A DNA stretch of 30,727 nucleotides from a virus, in the UHGV virus genome UHGV-0157886, one strand, 5' to 3'. The translations under genes were made by a program, and so were the position numbers. The notes beneath the pieces were generated by a model. It made no database searches, had not been told where the DNA came from, and was given only the letters and a program-made list of their open reading frames with translations. Within the stretch, counting starts at the first letter, position 1. Every line of letters starts with the position of its first letter. Positions 8,608 to 18,484 of this stretch are shown here, piece by piece.

Positions 8608-9152
8608 TATAATCCTCCGGGTAATCTGGTTCCTGCTGCTGCCCCGATTGGCGCAGGAGTGCTTTGAGTAAACGGACTCCACGTCCCACCAAACATCTGG
8701 TACGCACCGTATGCCTTCAGAGGCGCAGTGAGCAATGTTGTTGCTGCTCCCACATTCCCCTGTTTACGGGCTGAACTGGCTTCTGCTTTATAGTTGGCAG
8801 CCTGAACCTGATAACCGTAAGCCTCGCGTTGCGCGTTATTCACCGTCGTCAGCGAATCAAGAGCGCCAAACTGGGCAGTGTCGCCAAATATATCCAGCGC
8901 GTTACCTGTAGATAAATCAGCGCCGGTAGCCCCCATTGTCGCCGCCTGTGTACCAAGCCGCTGTCGGGTCTCTCTGCGTCGTTGCTCAGCTTCAGCGTTA
9001 CCTCTGTTTATTGCATCATTTGCCTGAGCTGTGGCTATATCTGCGTTCGCTTCTGCAACCTTCGAGGCATACTTTCCCTGTTGGTACTGGGTGTATGCCT
9101 GAATGCCACTCATGGCGAGCATTGCGCCACCAGCAATAACCGGATCGCACAT
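8607..9152 (-). CDS. Internal virion protein (181 aa, Ala/Gln-rich), T7 gp14 position
   Basis: Start overlaps the upstream stop (TAATG at 9150-9154). Size and position match podovirus internal core protein B. Confidence 0.45.
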   Translation of the reverse strand: MCDPVIAGGAMLAMSGIQAYTQYQQGKYASKVAEANADIATAQANDAINRGNAEAEQRRRETRQRLGTQAATMGATGADLSTGNALDIFGDTAQFGALDSLTTVNNAQREAYGYQVQAANYKAEASSARKQGNVGAATTLLTAPLKAYGAYQMFGGTWSPFTQSTPAPIGAAAGTRLPGGL

Positions 9153-9616
9153 TATTTTCTCTCCATGTGAAATCTGTGGAAATTAAGACCAAGAGCACCA
9201 TAAGGCGCGGCTTCTTCAAGCCTGAATCCAAGCCAGTGCAGCCATGCTTTGGCAACATGGTTTCGCTCGTCGACGTAGTTTTCCAGGCGCGGATAAACTG
9301 CCAGCATCTGCTGCAATACAGGGCGGCAGTGGCGCAGAAATGTCTTCTGATATTTTTCAATACGGCTGGTTCCTACCAGCCAGGGCGTACCATTGCCACC
9401 GATCATTGACGCCGGAGATACACCAAACATGGTTACCAGTTCTCCGTTCGCGAACCCTGACCAGGCCATAGTCGCAGTGCGAAGACCAACGCGCAGCGCA
9501 TCTTCGGTAGTCATCAGCGATACCGCATACAGTTCGTCAATATCAGCCTGACGAACATCCGGCAAAATCATCTGAAGATGCTCTTCGGTAGCGGGAATAA
9601 TTTGAACATCGATCAT
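9152..9616 (-). CDS. Virion-associated protein (154 aa), T7 gp13 position
   Basis: Translationally coupled between the tail tubular B-like gene and the gp14-like gene. No recognisable motif. Confidence 0.4.
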   Translation of the reverse strand: MIDVQIIPATEEHLQMILPDVRQADIDELYAVSLMTTEDALRVGLRTATMAWSGFANGELVTMFGVSPASMIGGNGTPWLVGTSRIEKYQKTFLRHCRPVLQQMLAVYPRLENYVDERNHVAKAWLHWLGFRLEEAAPYGALGLNFHRFHMERK

Positions 9617-12087
9617 CAGAATCCCCCAACAGTAAGGCGAGGAATAACGGCAAGAACAGACAGCGGCAACGGGTCAAGCTGACGGATTTTTACACGCCCG
9701 TTTTTGCCCCAGTTACTGTCCAGTTTCACTTCTACTTTTCCGGTAGCATCATCAACAGGATCATCGTAGAACTCGAATTCACGCTGTGGATATTCGTACC
9801 ATTTACCGCCGGGCGTAGTCGCCCAGATGCCGCGACTGGCATTCACAACCAGAGTAACGGACGGGATCACCTGTTTTTTGTCCAGCAGCGTTTCCTGTCC
9901 GTTAATGTTGATATCCAGTGTTTCGAATTCAGCAGTTATTGGCAGGCCGATGTGCACAACAGCCCCCGGTGATTCCAGCGTGACGGCACCTCCGGAAACC
10001 ACTTTTTGTGGTTCCACGTTCGCATCAGAGAGGATGTTTACGGTCTGGCCTTCAAGATGAGACAAGCCGCCAAATGTCCGGCGCGCCATCTGCCAGTTCG
10101 TGGTGGCCACATTCCTGAGGGATGGCGGGACGTTCCTGTTAGCACGAACCACTACTGCGGTATTGCTGGTTACAGAAATAATGTCGCAACGTAATTCTTT
10201 TGACACTTCATCGCCAGTATCAGGATCAGCTCCGGTATAAGGGAACTGTAGTTGCGCACCAACATCACTACTGGTGAAGTACGCACCACCAGAAACACTG
10301 ATTGTATATTCCGCGTGGTAATCCCATTCACCAGAACCACCAGTGATGGTCATCGTTCTGTCAGACGTATTTCTTCCATCATAGCTAAGGCCAGAATCAA
10401 CAAAGAAAGCATCTTCATCGCTGGTAAATAAACGGCTGGACAGTCTCTCGATGTATCTCACTGTTTGCCCGTTAACGGTTCTGTTAACGACGAAATACAC
10501 CGCATCTTCATTGCCTTCGCTGATACTGCATGTGCTTTCATATTTTCCGGTACTGGATTGTGGTGCCCATGCAAAAACCTGCTGATCACGCAAATAGGTC
10601 ATCACCAGTAATTTACCGTCATCACGAATGCAGAAGGCACTGGAGTAAGGGACAATCGAGAAGCACCAGTCAACAATGCTGTGCTTCTGAAAAAGATGAT
10701 TGGCAAGGATAGTAAGGTCGTTCCCCTGATAGCCGTCAACATCGAATGAGTAGGCCAGATCACGGACAACACTGCCTTTCTCCTGGACGAACAGAGCAAT
10801 ATTCGCCACGGCAATTGGTGGGACATTGCTCGAACCATTTGATCCCTGAGAGCTGAATGCAAATGATGATGGAGTTAATACTTTGTTCTGGTCGCCGGTG
10901 ATGACGTACTCACCTCCGGAAGTCAGTGCCACCAGCGAACCGACATCAATCAGGTGGCGGATCTCATTAACCTGACGCCCGGCATAGGTGTAGATAATTC
11001 TGTCGTCATCCTGCGTAGGATTGCTTTTGCCAAAATCCTTATAATCCCCAGTACGGCTGGCCCAGATAGTCTGAGGGAACGCTGTCGATGCGGCGAAGTA
11101 AAGACGTTGTTGATAATAAACAACCGTGCCAGGATAACCGTTAACACTGTTCCAGGCATATTTAGCCCATTTATAGCTGGCATTATCCTCGCCAACGACC
11201 TGCGAAGGGATATAGGAAATCACCTCAGCAGTTGCAGTAGTGCCATTTACAGCAGTTATACGGGCAATGCCAAAACCACTGTGCAGATACTCCCACTCAA
11301 TGCCAGTATCATCATCACCGGATCCGCCCCAGCCATCCCATGATGTGCCTTCTGTATGCGAAGGGCGCAAAGTGCCTGTTTTGCCTGCTGTAACGGCGCG
11401 ATAGTAGTTACTGTCTGCACGGCGAATATCGCCAATCGACGTACTCTTACTGGTTTCCCATACCGGCACAGAATCCACTGCAGGCTGTTCCAGATAGAAC
11501 AATTTGCCTACCTGCTCCGCGCCAAAAATAGAGGCGCTTGCCGTTAACGTAATTGTCCCGGTGCTGGCGCTGGCATAAACCGTCACTGACTCATCAATAT
11601 TGATATCTTCAAATGGCCCGTTCTTCGTTACCACATCAACCAGTTGCCAGTTGTCATGCGCATAGCGGCGCAGCTCTTTCGGCGGGTATGCCGGGTGAAC
11701 CAGCGTAAGCACGTCGGCGCTTTGCGTGAATTTAATTCGGAACAGATCGGCTTCAGTATATGGCGTGGCAATTTCATAAATAACATTGCTGCTGTTCAGC
11801 ACCAACGCACCATCTTTGATAACGCGCATGTACTGGTGTCCGAACTCCAGAGCATAAGTCTGAACCGTCGAGAATTGGAACGGGATCAGGCGGCATTTCC
11901 GATTTGGGTATTTGGCGGCACCGACAAAACGCGTACCAGGTCGATTCTCAACGCCGCCATACTGCCGCACGATAAAGTTATCGCACTTGCGCAATGCTAC
12001 CTGGTACTTCGCCATGTCAATACGCCCGTACAACGACGGTCCAATCTCACCACCGGCAAAGCTGGGCTGGATCCAACTGATAGCCAT
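9616..12087 (-). CDS. Tail tubular protein B-like (nozzle; T7 gp12-like), 823 aa
   Basis: Size close to T7 gp12 (794 aa). N-terminus MAISWIQPSFAGGEIGPSLYGR...NFIVRQYGGVENRPGTRFV resembles the gp12 N-terminal pattern from memory. Directly follows the gp11-like gene. Confidence 0.5.
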   Translation of the reverse strand: MAISWIQPSFAGGEIGPSLYGRIDMAKYQVALRKCDNFIVRQYGGVENRPGTRFVGAAKYPNRKCRLIPFQFSTVQTYALEFGHQYMRVIKDGALVLNSSNVIYEIATPYTEADLFRIKFTQSADVLTLVHPAYPPKELRRYAHDNWQLVDVVTKNGPFEDINIDESVTVYASASTGTITLTASASIFGAEQVGKLFYLEQPAVDSVPVWETSKSTSIGDIRRADSNYYRAVTAGKTGTLRPSHTEGTSWDGWGGSGDDDTGIEWEYLHSGFGIARITAVNGTTATAEVISYIPSQVVGEDNASYKWAKYAWNSVNGYPGTVVYYQQRLYFAASTAFPQTIWASRTGDYKDFGKSNPTQDDDRIIYTYAGRQVNEIRHLIDVGSLVALTSGGEYVITGDQNKVLTPSSFAFSSQGSNGSSNVPPIAVANIALFVQEKGSVVRDLAYSFDVDGYQGNDLTILANHLFQKHSIVDWCFSIVPYSSAFCIRDDGKLLVMTYLRDQQVFAWAPQSSTGKYESTCSISEGNEDAVYFVVNRTVNGQTVRYIERLSSRLFTSDEDAFFVDSGLSYDGRNTSDRTMTITGGSGEWDYHAEYTISVSGGAYFTSSDVGAQLQFPYTGADPDTGDEVSKELRCDIISVTSNTAVVVRANRNVPPSLRNVATTNWQMARRTFGGLSHLEGQTVNILSDANVEPQKVVSGGAVTLESPGAVVHIGLPITAEFETLDININGQETLLDKKQVIPSVTLVVNASRGIWATTPGGKWYEYPQREFEFYDDPVDDATGKVEVKLDSNWGKNGRVKIRQLDPLPLSVLAVIPRLTVGGF

Positions 12088-12695
12088 CAGGACAACCTCG
12101 CAATGGTAAACTCATCAACCGGTGGCTGTGGTTCCTGTGATTCATTCTGGCTATGCGAGCCAGCACTAAGAATCACGCGATTGTACATATTGAGGGCAAA
12201 CGTACCGAGGTCTGCATTCCCAGTCAGCGCCATGTTAATAGCTGCCGCAAGACGCCAGGCCAACGCCTCCATAAAAATGGCATCAAACATGTTCACATCT
12301 GTAACGCGAGAGACATACTTGAGCCATGCCTGAGGCTGGTCTGTGTAGATCAACTTTCCTGTTCCGTTGGTGTCTGCACCAACTTCGTACTGAACGCGCA
12401 TTGCTGCTGTTGGATTGCGTACACCAGGAAGCATAATTTCAGTAATGCGCAGACAATCTGACGGGTACTGGTACGCATATTCCCAGTCAGGCGGTGGATT
12501 GCTCGTATCTGCAAGCGCCACGCGTTTGGTAGCAAAGTTCCAGTCAAAATCAGAAAGCACAGCATCACGACAGGCCTCAAAGTGCAGCGAACATTCCCCC
12601 GCTTCCTTGCTGGCTTCCGTCAGGCTGTTAATGCTGCGGCTGTTGCCAATATTGGACAGCGCACGATTACAGATCTCTACTACAGAGGCCATCAC
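12087..12695 (-). CDS. Tail tubular protein A-like (gatekeeper; T7 gp11-like), 202 aa
   Basis: Size matches T7 gp11 (196 aa). N-terminal EICNRALSNIGNSRSINSLTEAS resembles the gp11 N-terminal pattern. Confidence 0.5.
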   Translation of the reverse strand: MMASVVEICNRALSNIGNSRSINSLTEASKEAGECSLHFEACRDAVLSDFDWNFATKRVALADTSNPPPDWEYAYQYPSDCLRITEIMLPGVRNPTAAMRVQYEVGADTNGTGKLIYTDQPQAWLKYVSRVTDVNMFDAIFMEALAWRLAAAINMALTGNADLGTFALNMYNRVILSAGSHSQNESQEPQPPVDEFTIARLS

Positions 12696-13021
12696 TCACC
12701 TCCGTTACCGTACAGAGTTTCAGCCGCTGATTTTTCTACATCCCCGGAAACAGGAGCGATCGCCATATCAGTGATCTGCAGATCGGCGCTGCGATTAACG
12801 CCATCGTTAGTTTCTCTGGCAGACAGGCCTCGAATAACAGCCTTTGCAGTTATCATCACTTCCGTTCCGACGCCCTTAGGTTGCGCCTTCAGCTTATTCA
12901 ATGTGTCGTTATTAAGAGTGATGCACAGCCCCCACGGGTATTCATCGCGAGTTCTGGTTTCTCCGCTCTCATCCTGGTAGCTGTCAGTGCCGGTTTTGAG
13001 GTTTACGAGTTCCATATACAC
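12692..13021 (-). CDS. Hypothetical virion-module protein (109 aa)
   Basis: ORF in the operon between the capsid and tail tubular genes. Start follows a hairpin and GGAG. Confidence 0.4.
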   Translation of the reverse strand: MYMELVNLKTGTDSYQDESGETRTRDEYPWGLCITLNNDTLNKLKAQPKGVGTEVMITAKAVIRGLSARETNDGVNRSADLQITDMAIAPVSGDVEKSAAETLYGNGGE

Positions 13022-13024
13022 TCC

Positions 13025-13047
13025 TGCAATAAAGGGGCCGAAGCCCC
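13025..13047 (-). terminator. Intra-operon hairpin GGGGC-CGAA-GCCCC followed by a U-tract on the minus transcript; probable attenuator
   Basis: Stem 13034-13038 / 13043-13047; minus strand continues UUUAUUGCA. Lies downstream of the capsid-proximal genes, as often seen after highly expressed capsid genes. Confidence 0.4.
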
Positions 13048-13065
13048 TTGTCTGATCCGCGAGGC

Positions 13066-13410
13066 TTACACGCCCAGTTCTTTACGCTTATCTGCGATCT
13101 TCTCGCGGAGCGTTTCGGCTTTGGCGTTATGGTGTGGCTTCTCGTTAAAGAGCAATTCGTACTCTTCACGGAGCTTATCCAGTTCACCATCATCTGACAC
13201 ATCGTTGATGATTTTGGTGCTGGTTGCTGCCATTGACACCTTTCCTGCAACTTTTGCTTTTGCCTGTCTGGCTGCATCGTTAACAGGTTCCAGTGCGCTA
13301 CCAGGCTCACCTTCGTATTCGATTTCTGCCCCCTCCGGCCACAGAGTGTTATGGATATGAGAGAGGCGCAGAACGCGGTATCTTGGTTTCTCACCTGACA
13401 TCGATATCAC
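13066..13410 (-). CDS. Hypothetical protein (114 aa), charged/coiled-coil C-terminus
   Basis: Most protein-like of the overlapping frames here (the alternative 12984-13394 frame is Cys/Arg-rich). Confidence 0.4.
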   Translation of the reverse strand: MISMSGEKPRYRVLRLSHIHNTLWPEGAEIEYEGEPGSALEPVNDAARQAKAKVAGKVSMAATSTKIINDVSDDGELDKLREEYELLFNEKPHHNAKAETLREKIADKRKELGV

Positions 13411-13411
13411 C

Positions 13412-13849
13412 TTAACCAGTTACTTTTGAACGGATCGGATACGGCGTATTGGCATCAACATCAAGACTGATACCCGCAGTGAATTCGCCAGCCGTTAGTG
13501 GGCCAGTTGCGACGGAGTAGTTAACACGCAGATATCGCTGAACACCGGCAGGCACCTTTGCAGAAACAACTCGTTTACCTGCTGTCAGGGCGGTCTTTGC
13601 CAGTGCACCACTATCATAAATAGTGGTCCATGAGCTGTTATTCTCACTCGTCTGCAACTGGATGTTTACAGTTGCCTCACCACTTGCCGTGGCGGCTTCG
13701 TTAACCAGCACCCAAAACTCAAGCGGGTAACCCACGCCGATATCACGACGTTTTCCGTCAATTGGACCGAGATCGATTACGTCAGTAGAAGCCGCGGTAT
13801 TCGTAACCGCCTGAGCTTCGGAGAACATCAACAGTTTGTCGGTGATCAT
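13412..13849 (-). CDS. Virion protein (145 aa), Thr/Ala/Val-rich; possible capsid decoration protein
   Basis: GGAG 7 nt upstream of the ATG at 13849. Immediately downstream of the major capsid gene. Composition suggests beta-rich fold. Function inferred from position only. Confidence 0.4.
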   Translation of the reverse strand: MITDKLLMFSEAQAVTNTAASTDVIDLGPIDGKRRDIGVGYPLEFWVLVNEAATASGEATVNIQLQTSENNSSWTTIYDSGALAKTALTAGKRVVSAKVPAGVQRYLRVNYSVATGPLTAGEFTAGISLDVDANTPYPIRSKVTG

Positions 13850-13900
13850 CTTCTTTCTCCATTAGTGGGTCTGTTACGACCCACAGGTTAATAACAGGCG

Positions 13901-14893
13901 TTACACCACGCGGGCTTCTGTTTCCAGAAGCGCATCAGTTTCACGGATTGGTACACCACGGAATGAAGTCCACCACTCGCCTTCAGTCTCTTTTACGCTG
14001 ATAGCCAGAGATGTTTTCTCCAGAGACTGCAGATCAAGAGCCTGGCCTACAGTGCGGTTCATGTAGAACACCGGGCGGCCCATGCCACGGTTTGGAATGC
14101 GATGTAGTGCTTTAACCATCAACTTCGCAATATTTGCGGCAGAGGAAGGTTCTGAAAGATTGCTGACATCGATATTTGCAATGCGAACAACATAACGCCA
14201 GTCACGCAGAGCAAGTCCGTTGTCCCATTTGTAATGGGTGCGATAGCCTTCGTACTTGCCGCCATTAGCATCTTCCAGTGTCACCTGGCCTTTATCTTCC
14301 ATCTGGATGCCAGCCTTCTGCCCTTTCGGGAAGATGCCATGCACGGTGTTTTCGCCCCACACCACTAACCAGATTGAGGTGTTATCTGTACCCGTGCCAC
14401 CAGCATCAATGATGTTCTGAGCATTACCCGCAGACAGGCTGGAATAGCGGGAGGACAGTCCCATAAACTGCTGAGGGTTAACGCTGGAATCACCATAAAA
14501 CAGCGTCTGCGCCATCTGCTGATTCATCGCTTCAATAAATGCGCGGTCTTCAGACAGGCGGAATTCGGCGGTATTGCCGTTCAGATCAGCCAGTGACTTA
14601 TCGACTTCAGCATAGGTTTCCAGCATGCCCACGTAATCGGTTACCTGCACTGTGGTTGATTTGCTTGGCTGTACGCCATAGTTCAGCAAACGCCAGGTAG
14701 CTGAAGGTAAACCAGAACGAATGGTGGTTCGGTGTCCGGTAGGAAGGTTCCCTTCGACAAAAGGCATATCCTGAAGGATCGGGTTAGTTTGACCGAGAAG
14801 CTCGATAATCTTATCGACTTTCCCGTTTGGATCGACGCGCTTACCCCAGTCAGCCAGCGTTAGCGCAGTTAAGCCTTTAACAGACATTGTCAT
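13901..14893 (-). CDS. Major capsid protein (330 aa)
   Basis: Follows the scaffold gene in the canonical portal-scaffold-capsid order. Size typical of HK97-fold podovirus capsid proteins. Confidence 0.65.
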   Translation of the reverse strand: MTMSVKGLTALTLADWGKRVDPNGKVDKIIELLGQTNPILQDMPFVEGNLPTGHRTTIRSGLPSATWRLLNYGVQPSKSTTVQVTDYVGMLETYAEVDKSLADLNGNTAEFRLSEDRAFIEAMNQQMAQTLFYGDSSVNPQQFMGLSSRYSSLSAGNAQNIIDAGGTGTDNTSIWLVVWGENTVHGIFPKGQKAGIQMEDKGQVTLEDANGGKYEGYRTHYKWDNGLALRDWRYVVRIANIDVSNLSEPSSAANIAKLMVKALHRIPNRGMGRPVFYMNRTVGQALDLQSLEKTSLAISVKETEGEWWTSFRGVPIRETDALLETEARVV

Positions 14894-14901
14894 TTCCTCT
14901 C

Positions 14902-15597
14902 TTATTTGCCATAGAGCACTTCGGCCGCACTACGCTGGCCTTCATTACCACCGGTGACCATGCCATCTTCAGACATCGCCTTTCCGATTTTCACGAACGT
15001 TTTGACCAGATCAGGGTGATTACCCAGCCCGGTGGTGTTCAGATATTCTTTGAGTTCAGGTGTCCCGAACTGGTCAAGCGCACGCTGTGCGGCGCTAAGG
15101 TTAGAAATCAACTTGTCGCCACCGATTTCTTTGTCAGCTTTTACATCCGCAGCCCACTGCTCGGTTGTTTTCTGCCAGGCTTCTGCCTGGCGCTGCTGAA
15201 CACCTGCCAGAATCTTCGGATAAGCATCAACCAGCTTTTGCGCTTGCTCGTTGGTCAGGTTAAGTTCTCGCGCCACCGGCTCGAATTCCTTCAACGCTTC
15301 TGTATCCAGCTCTACGCCTTCGGCAGCCTGAAACTCGTACTTCTCAGGCGCACCCTCTGGTTTATCGCCGTCCTTTTTTTCATCCTGCTTATCGTTTTCA
15401 GGCTTTTTGTCATCAGCAGGTTTATCGCCATCAGCAACAGGTTGTGGCTTATCACCTTCCTGTTGTGATGGATCACCAACTGGAGCAGGGTTATCACCTG
15501 CAGGCGCTGACGGTTCTGACGCAGCCGGAGCTGCTCCACCATCGACTGGTTGCTCATTGCAAAGACGGCGATACAGCAAACGCTCAAATAAATTCAT
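14902..15597 (-). CDS. Scaffolding protein (about 231 aa) with an acidic Pro/Asp/Lys-rich N-terminal region
   Basis: ATG at 15597 with AGGAG 5 nt upstream (the track start at 15603 is a GTG). Low-complexity acidic N-terminal half and helical C-terminal half are typical of scaffolds. Confidence 0.6.
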   Translation of the reverse strand: MNLFERLLYRRLCNEQPVDGGAAPAASEPSAPAGDNPAPVGDPSQQEGDKPQPVADGDKPADDKKPENDKQDEKKDGDKPEGAPEKYEFQAAEGVELDTEALKEFEPVARELNLTNEQAQKLVDAYPKILAGVQQRQAEAWQKTTEQWAADVKADKEIGGDKLISNLSAAQRALDQFGTPELKEYLNTTGLGNHPDLVKTFVKIGKAMSEDGMVTGGNEGQRSAAEVLYGK

Positions 15598-15599
15598 GA

Positions 15600-15896
15600 T
15601 CACTCCTGTTCACTGGCCTCTTTGGCCATCTTCAAATACTGTTCAGGGCAATGCGCCATAACGCGCTGAAACAGTTCCAGCGCCAGATTGCGTTGCCCCT
15701 CATTAAATGCCATTGCCATAGCATCCATCGGAGAGATAGCGGAAAACACCCGGCCTTTCTCCAGCACAGACCAGACAACGCGACGCCCCTGTTCACTGCT
15801 CATGACAAAGCGAATGTCATCAATTTCACGCTGTGCCATGTCACGTTGCTTACGGGCGTTTTCTTCTTTCAGTTGATCGTCTTCGTAATCTGTCAT
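15600..15896 (-). CDS. Hypothetical head-assembly protein (98 aa) between portal and scaffold
   Basis: Start overlaps the portal stop (ATGA at 15893-15896). Charged helical translation. Confidence 0.45.
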   Translation of the reverse strand: MTDYEDDQLKEENARKQRDMAQREIDDIRFVMSSEQGRRVVWSVLEKGRVFSAISPMDAMAMAFNEGQRNLALELFQRVMAHCPEQYLKMAKEASEQE

Positions 15897-17572
15897 TGTG
15901 ATTGCCCACCCTGACCACTAACTGCATTCGCCATAGCTGACAAAACACTCGGATCCGAAGTTTTAGCTTCGCTTAGCGTCTTGGCACCCTGTGCCGCCGC
16001 CATCCCCATCGCCATCATTTGTTGCTGCTGTTGCTGCTGTGCCCGTTGCTGGCGAGCCTGCTCAACCTGTTCCTGCGGAACAATGACGATTGGAGACACT
16101 CCGGACATATCAGCGAATGCATCGATCGCCTGATCAACGTTGAGTTTGTCGAGAGCTTCTGGTTTCGCTTGCGCAAGTTGACCAATGAAGTTAACCGTGG
16201 ACGCCAGACTGGACAGGCCGATAGACTTCTGCGCCTGAGCCATGACGGAAATGTATTCGACCTTCAGGGGCATGCCTTCCATCGCGTCAGGCGGTGGCGG
16301 CAGCATGTTTTTACGCACCATCATCGAGAAAGCGCGGTCAATGAGAGGATTAAGACATTCGTCGTTCAGACGCTCCAGAACCGGCCCCAACATCAGAAGC
16401 TTTTCTTCTTTCATTTCGATCACCGCTTCAACAGGCATTGAGCGGGTATTGATGTTCTGCAACATCATGAACAGATCGACGAAGTAGGCGCTGTTAATGA
16501 TTTGACGAGTGTCCTGAATGTCTGCCACCAAATCTGCTGTACTGGGGTTAACCAGATAAGCAGGCCTGAAGCCATCCTGACCAGTAATCTGATCGATATA
16601 CGTGATGTCGCCAGGAAGAAGGGAGGCACGCTGATTCTTGAGGGAAGTCGGAGCAACCATCGGCGGATTGGTGGCTTTATCAATCAACTGCGACTTGCGC
16701 TTCTGGAGAAGCTGCAATGCCTTAACAGGTCCAAGCGCCAGCATACCCGGGCATGATGATCCATAAACATCTTCGCCATTAACTTCCCAGCGCGGAGCCA
16801 TAATTGGAAACTCATCGAATCCGGACTCACGCAACAACTTGTCGTTATCGCCACCAACCTCGTAATAAACCGATTTGAATGGCTTGTTCTTGCTATCCAG
16901 CTTCGATGTATCGCGGTCAATGTTCGGGTAAACCGAATGCATCACTTCGATCCACTTCTCGTAGGTGCCGCTTTCCCACATGCTTTTTACGGATTCGCTG
17001 ACGTTATTTAGCCCGAACTCCTGAACAAGCTGACGAACAGTCATAGAGAACTTGCGAAAACAGGTGTCAACACTGCCACGAGGTGAGTTAGCCAGGTAGT
17101 AACTGCCTATCGGGAATGGCATTGTGCGAATGATGTCCTCGTCATCCTCCAGTACCGCCATTGCACCGGTGCTGTATGTGCCGAGGCTTCCGTATAACTG
17201 CGGAAGAGACTGGTAGAGATTCGACTTATTGAACATATCGTTCATGCGGTTCTGCACCGCCTCAAGCCACAACTTAACAGGGCCATAATCCATCATTTCA
17301 GGATCTGGCGTAGCCAGGCGAAACCACGGACGCGCGGGGCTTGTGATGCCTGACATCATGCCGCTGGCGAGAGTGCGCGCCGCCATAGTCCCGGTCGAAT
17401 CAATAATACGTGTATTGCGTCGATCGTTACGGTTGACCTCAGAAGTCAGAAAGCGGGAACCACGCGGGTTGATGTAATCACTCAACTCGCGCCAGTGCGG
17501 CTCGAACGACTGACGCTCGCTTTCAAGTTGTGCGAACTGTTTGTTCAATCGCTCTTTAGTTGTTTCCGCCAT
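15893..17572 (-). CDS. Portal (head-to-tail connector) protein, T7 gp8-like, 559 aa, with C-terminal poly-Gln/Ala-Met tail
   Basis: Directly downstream of the large terminase, with expected size. C-terminus QQRAQQQQQQQMMAMGMAAAQGA resembles the Q/A/M-rich C-terminus of T7 gp8 from memory. Confidence 0.7.
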   Translation of the reverse strand: MAETTKERLNKQFAQLESERQSFEPHWRELSDYINPRGSRFLTSEVNRNDRRNTRIIDSTGTMAARTLASGMMSGITSPARPWFRLATPDPEMMDYGPVKLWLEAVQNRMNDMFNKSNLYQSLPQLYGSLGTYSTGAMAVLEDDEDIIRTMPFPIGSYYLANSPRGSVDTCFRKFSMTVRQLVQEFGLNNVSESVKSMWESGTYEKWIEVMHSVYPNIDRDTSKLDSKNKPFKSVYYEVGGDNDKLLRESGFDEFPIMAPRWEVNGEDVYGSSCPGMLALGPVKALQLLQKRKSQLIDKATNPPMVAPTSLKNQRASLLPGDITYIDQITGQDGFRPAYLVNPSTADLVADIQDTRQIINSAYFVDLFMMLQNINTRSMPVEAVIEMKEEKLLMLGPVLERLNDECLNPLIDRAFSMMVRKNMLPPPPDAMEGMPLKVEYISVMAQAQKSIGLSSLASTVNFIGQLAQAKPEALDKLNVDQAIDAFADMSGVSPIVIVPQEQVEQARQQRAQQQQQQQMMAMGMAAAQGAKTLSEAKTSDPSVLSAMANAVSGQGGQSQ

Positions 17573-17586
17573 TTCAATGACTCCGG

Positions 17587-17793
17587 TTACTGACCAAGTA
17601 GCGTTTTACCGCTGGTATTAGCGGTTGATGTGTCGCCCTGAGAACCGGTAAGCAGCGTAGAACTACGACCAGCAGCAGCGCGACGGCGACGTGTTTCTTC
17701 GTCGCGGGCATCAACAACGGCGGCATCCTGCTCCTGTGGTGCTGCCTGAACTTCTGGTGTTGCAGGCACTGATGGTGAGCTACCCATGCACAT
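17587..17793 (-). CDS. Small basic Ala/Pro/Arg-rich protein (68 aa) immediately upstream of portal
   Basis: ATG at 17793 with GGAG 7 nt upstream. Preferred over the overlapping 79-aa frame in the track. Confidence 0.4.
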   Translation of the reverse strand: MCMGSSPSVPATPEVQAAPQEQDAAVVDARDEETRRRRAAAGRSSTLLTGSQGDTSTANTSGKTLLGQ

Positions 17794-17883
17794 ATCAATG
17801 ACTCCGTACGCAATTAAATTATTACCAATTTAACCACATATGATTTATTTATCGTAGATAGTTGACATTTAACGCACAAATTA

Positions 17884-17898
17884 TTACCTTTCAGGTAA
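17884..17898. promoter_or_regulatory. Operator-like inverted repeat TTACC-N5-GGTAA (site 2) in the portal / tRNA intergenic region
   Basis: Perfect TTACCtttcaGGTAA. TTGACA at 17862-17867 sits 17 bp upstream on the plus strand; AACCACATA at 17832-17840. Confidence 0.5.
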
Positions 17899-18220
17899 CT
17901 AAAGAGTTCATTCCGGTTGCTAACCTGACTGGCTTGTCGTTAAATTGAACAGGTGGAGTGAGCTTTTGTTTTGAGCAGTACGGCGTATGGCACATGCGCC
18001 GATAGCGGTCTGGATACGTTTAAGGGGCACCCTCCCTTGCTCGGGCAAACGAACCAGGTAGCCGGAATGTGCAAGTCGAGCGGTTTTATTCCGCGCACGG
18101 GGATTCACCATCCCGGCGATTCGGTGTGACGCCTCGGAAGAGACGAGGGTACAACGATGAGAGCATTTATGGAGCCGCGACAAAGTGTGGCGCCTTAACA
18201 GGCTAAGTGCTCTCAGCGTT

Positions 18221-18297
18221 GTGGCATTAGCTCAGTTGGACAGAGCAACCGCCTTCTAAGCGGTTGGTCGCAGGTTCGAATCCTGCATGCCACGCCA
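18221..18297 (+). tRNA. tRNA-Arg, anticodon UCU (reads AGA), CCA encoded
   Basis: Manual cloverleaf: acceptor GTGGCAT / ATGCCAC, D-arm GCTCAGTTGGACAGAGC, anticodon stem ACCGC / GCGGT with loop CTTCTAA, T-arm GCAGG-TTCGAATC-CTGC, discriminator G, CCA at 18295-18297. Confidence 0.85.
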
Positions 18298-18340
18298 GAA
18301 TCACGCCTAAGGACCGTGATGCCAGAAGTTCCAGGTGCTT

Positions 18341-18382
18341 GGCGGTGATGGTTTCCCTTGAAGGACTATCACCGCCCTTTTT
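18341..18382 (+). terminator. Intrinsic terminator downstream of the tRNA
   Basis: 9-bp stem GGCGGTGAT / ATCACCGCC followed by CTTTTT. Confidence 0.65.
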
Positions 18383-18460
18383 ACAGCAGGACGCCATTGC
18401 GATGACTTCATGCTGTAAACCAGTACAGCCACGGAAGGCATAACTCATTGCTTCCAGTTC

Positions 18461-18484
18461 GCCCGGTTCGCCGGGCATTTTTTT
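18461..18484 (+). terminator. Second intrinsic terminator (GCCCGG-TTCG-CCGGGC + T8)
   Basis: Perfect 6-bp GC stem with TTCG tetraloop followed by ATTTTTTT. Confidence 0.7.

Noticed and set aside
17990-18220. Possible second tRNA or tmRNA-like element upstream of tRNA-Arg
   Set aside because: I could only find a degenerate T-arm-like stem-loop (GGGA-TTCACCA-TCCC); no full cloverleaf with acceptor and D-arm could be folded by eye. Kept only as a note inside the tRNA-island finding; needs tRNAscan-SE / Infernal.
17920-18478. Minus-strand ORFs 17920-18183 and 18227-18478 in the ORF track
   Set aside because: They overlap the tRNA-Arg and its terminators on the opposite strand and have no ribosome-binding sites. 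The region is better explained as an RNA island.
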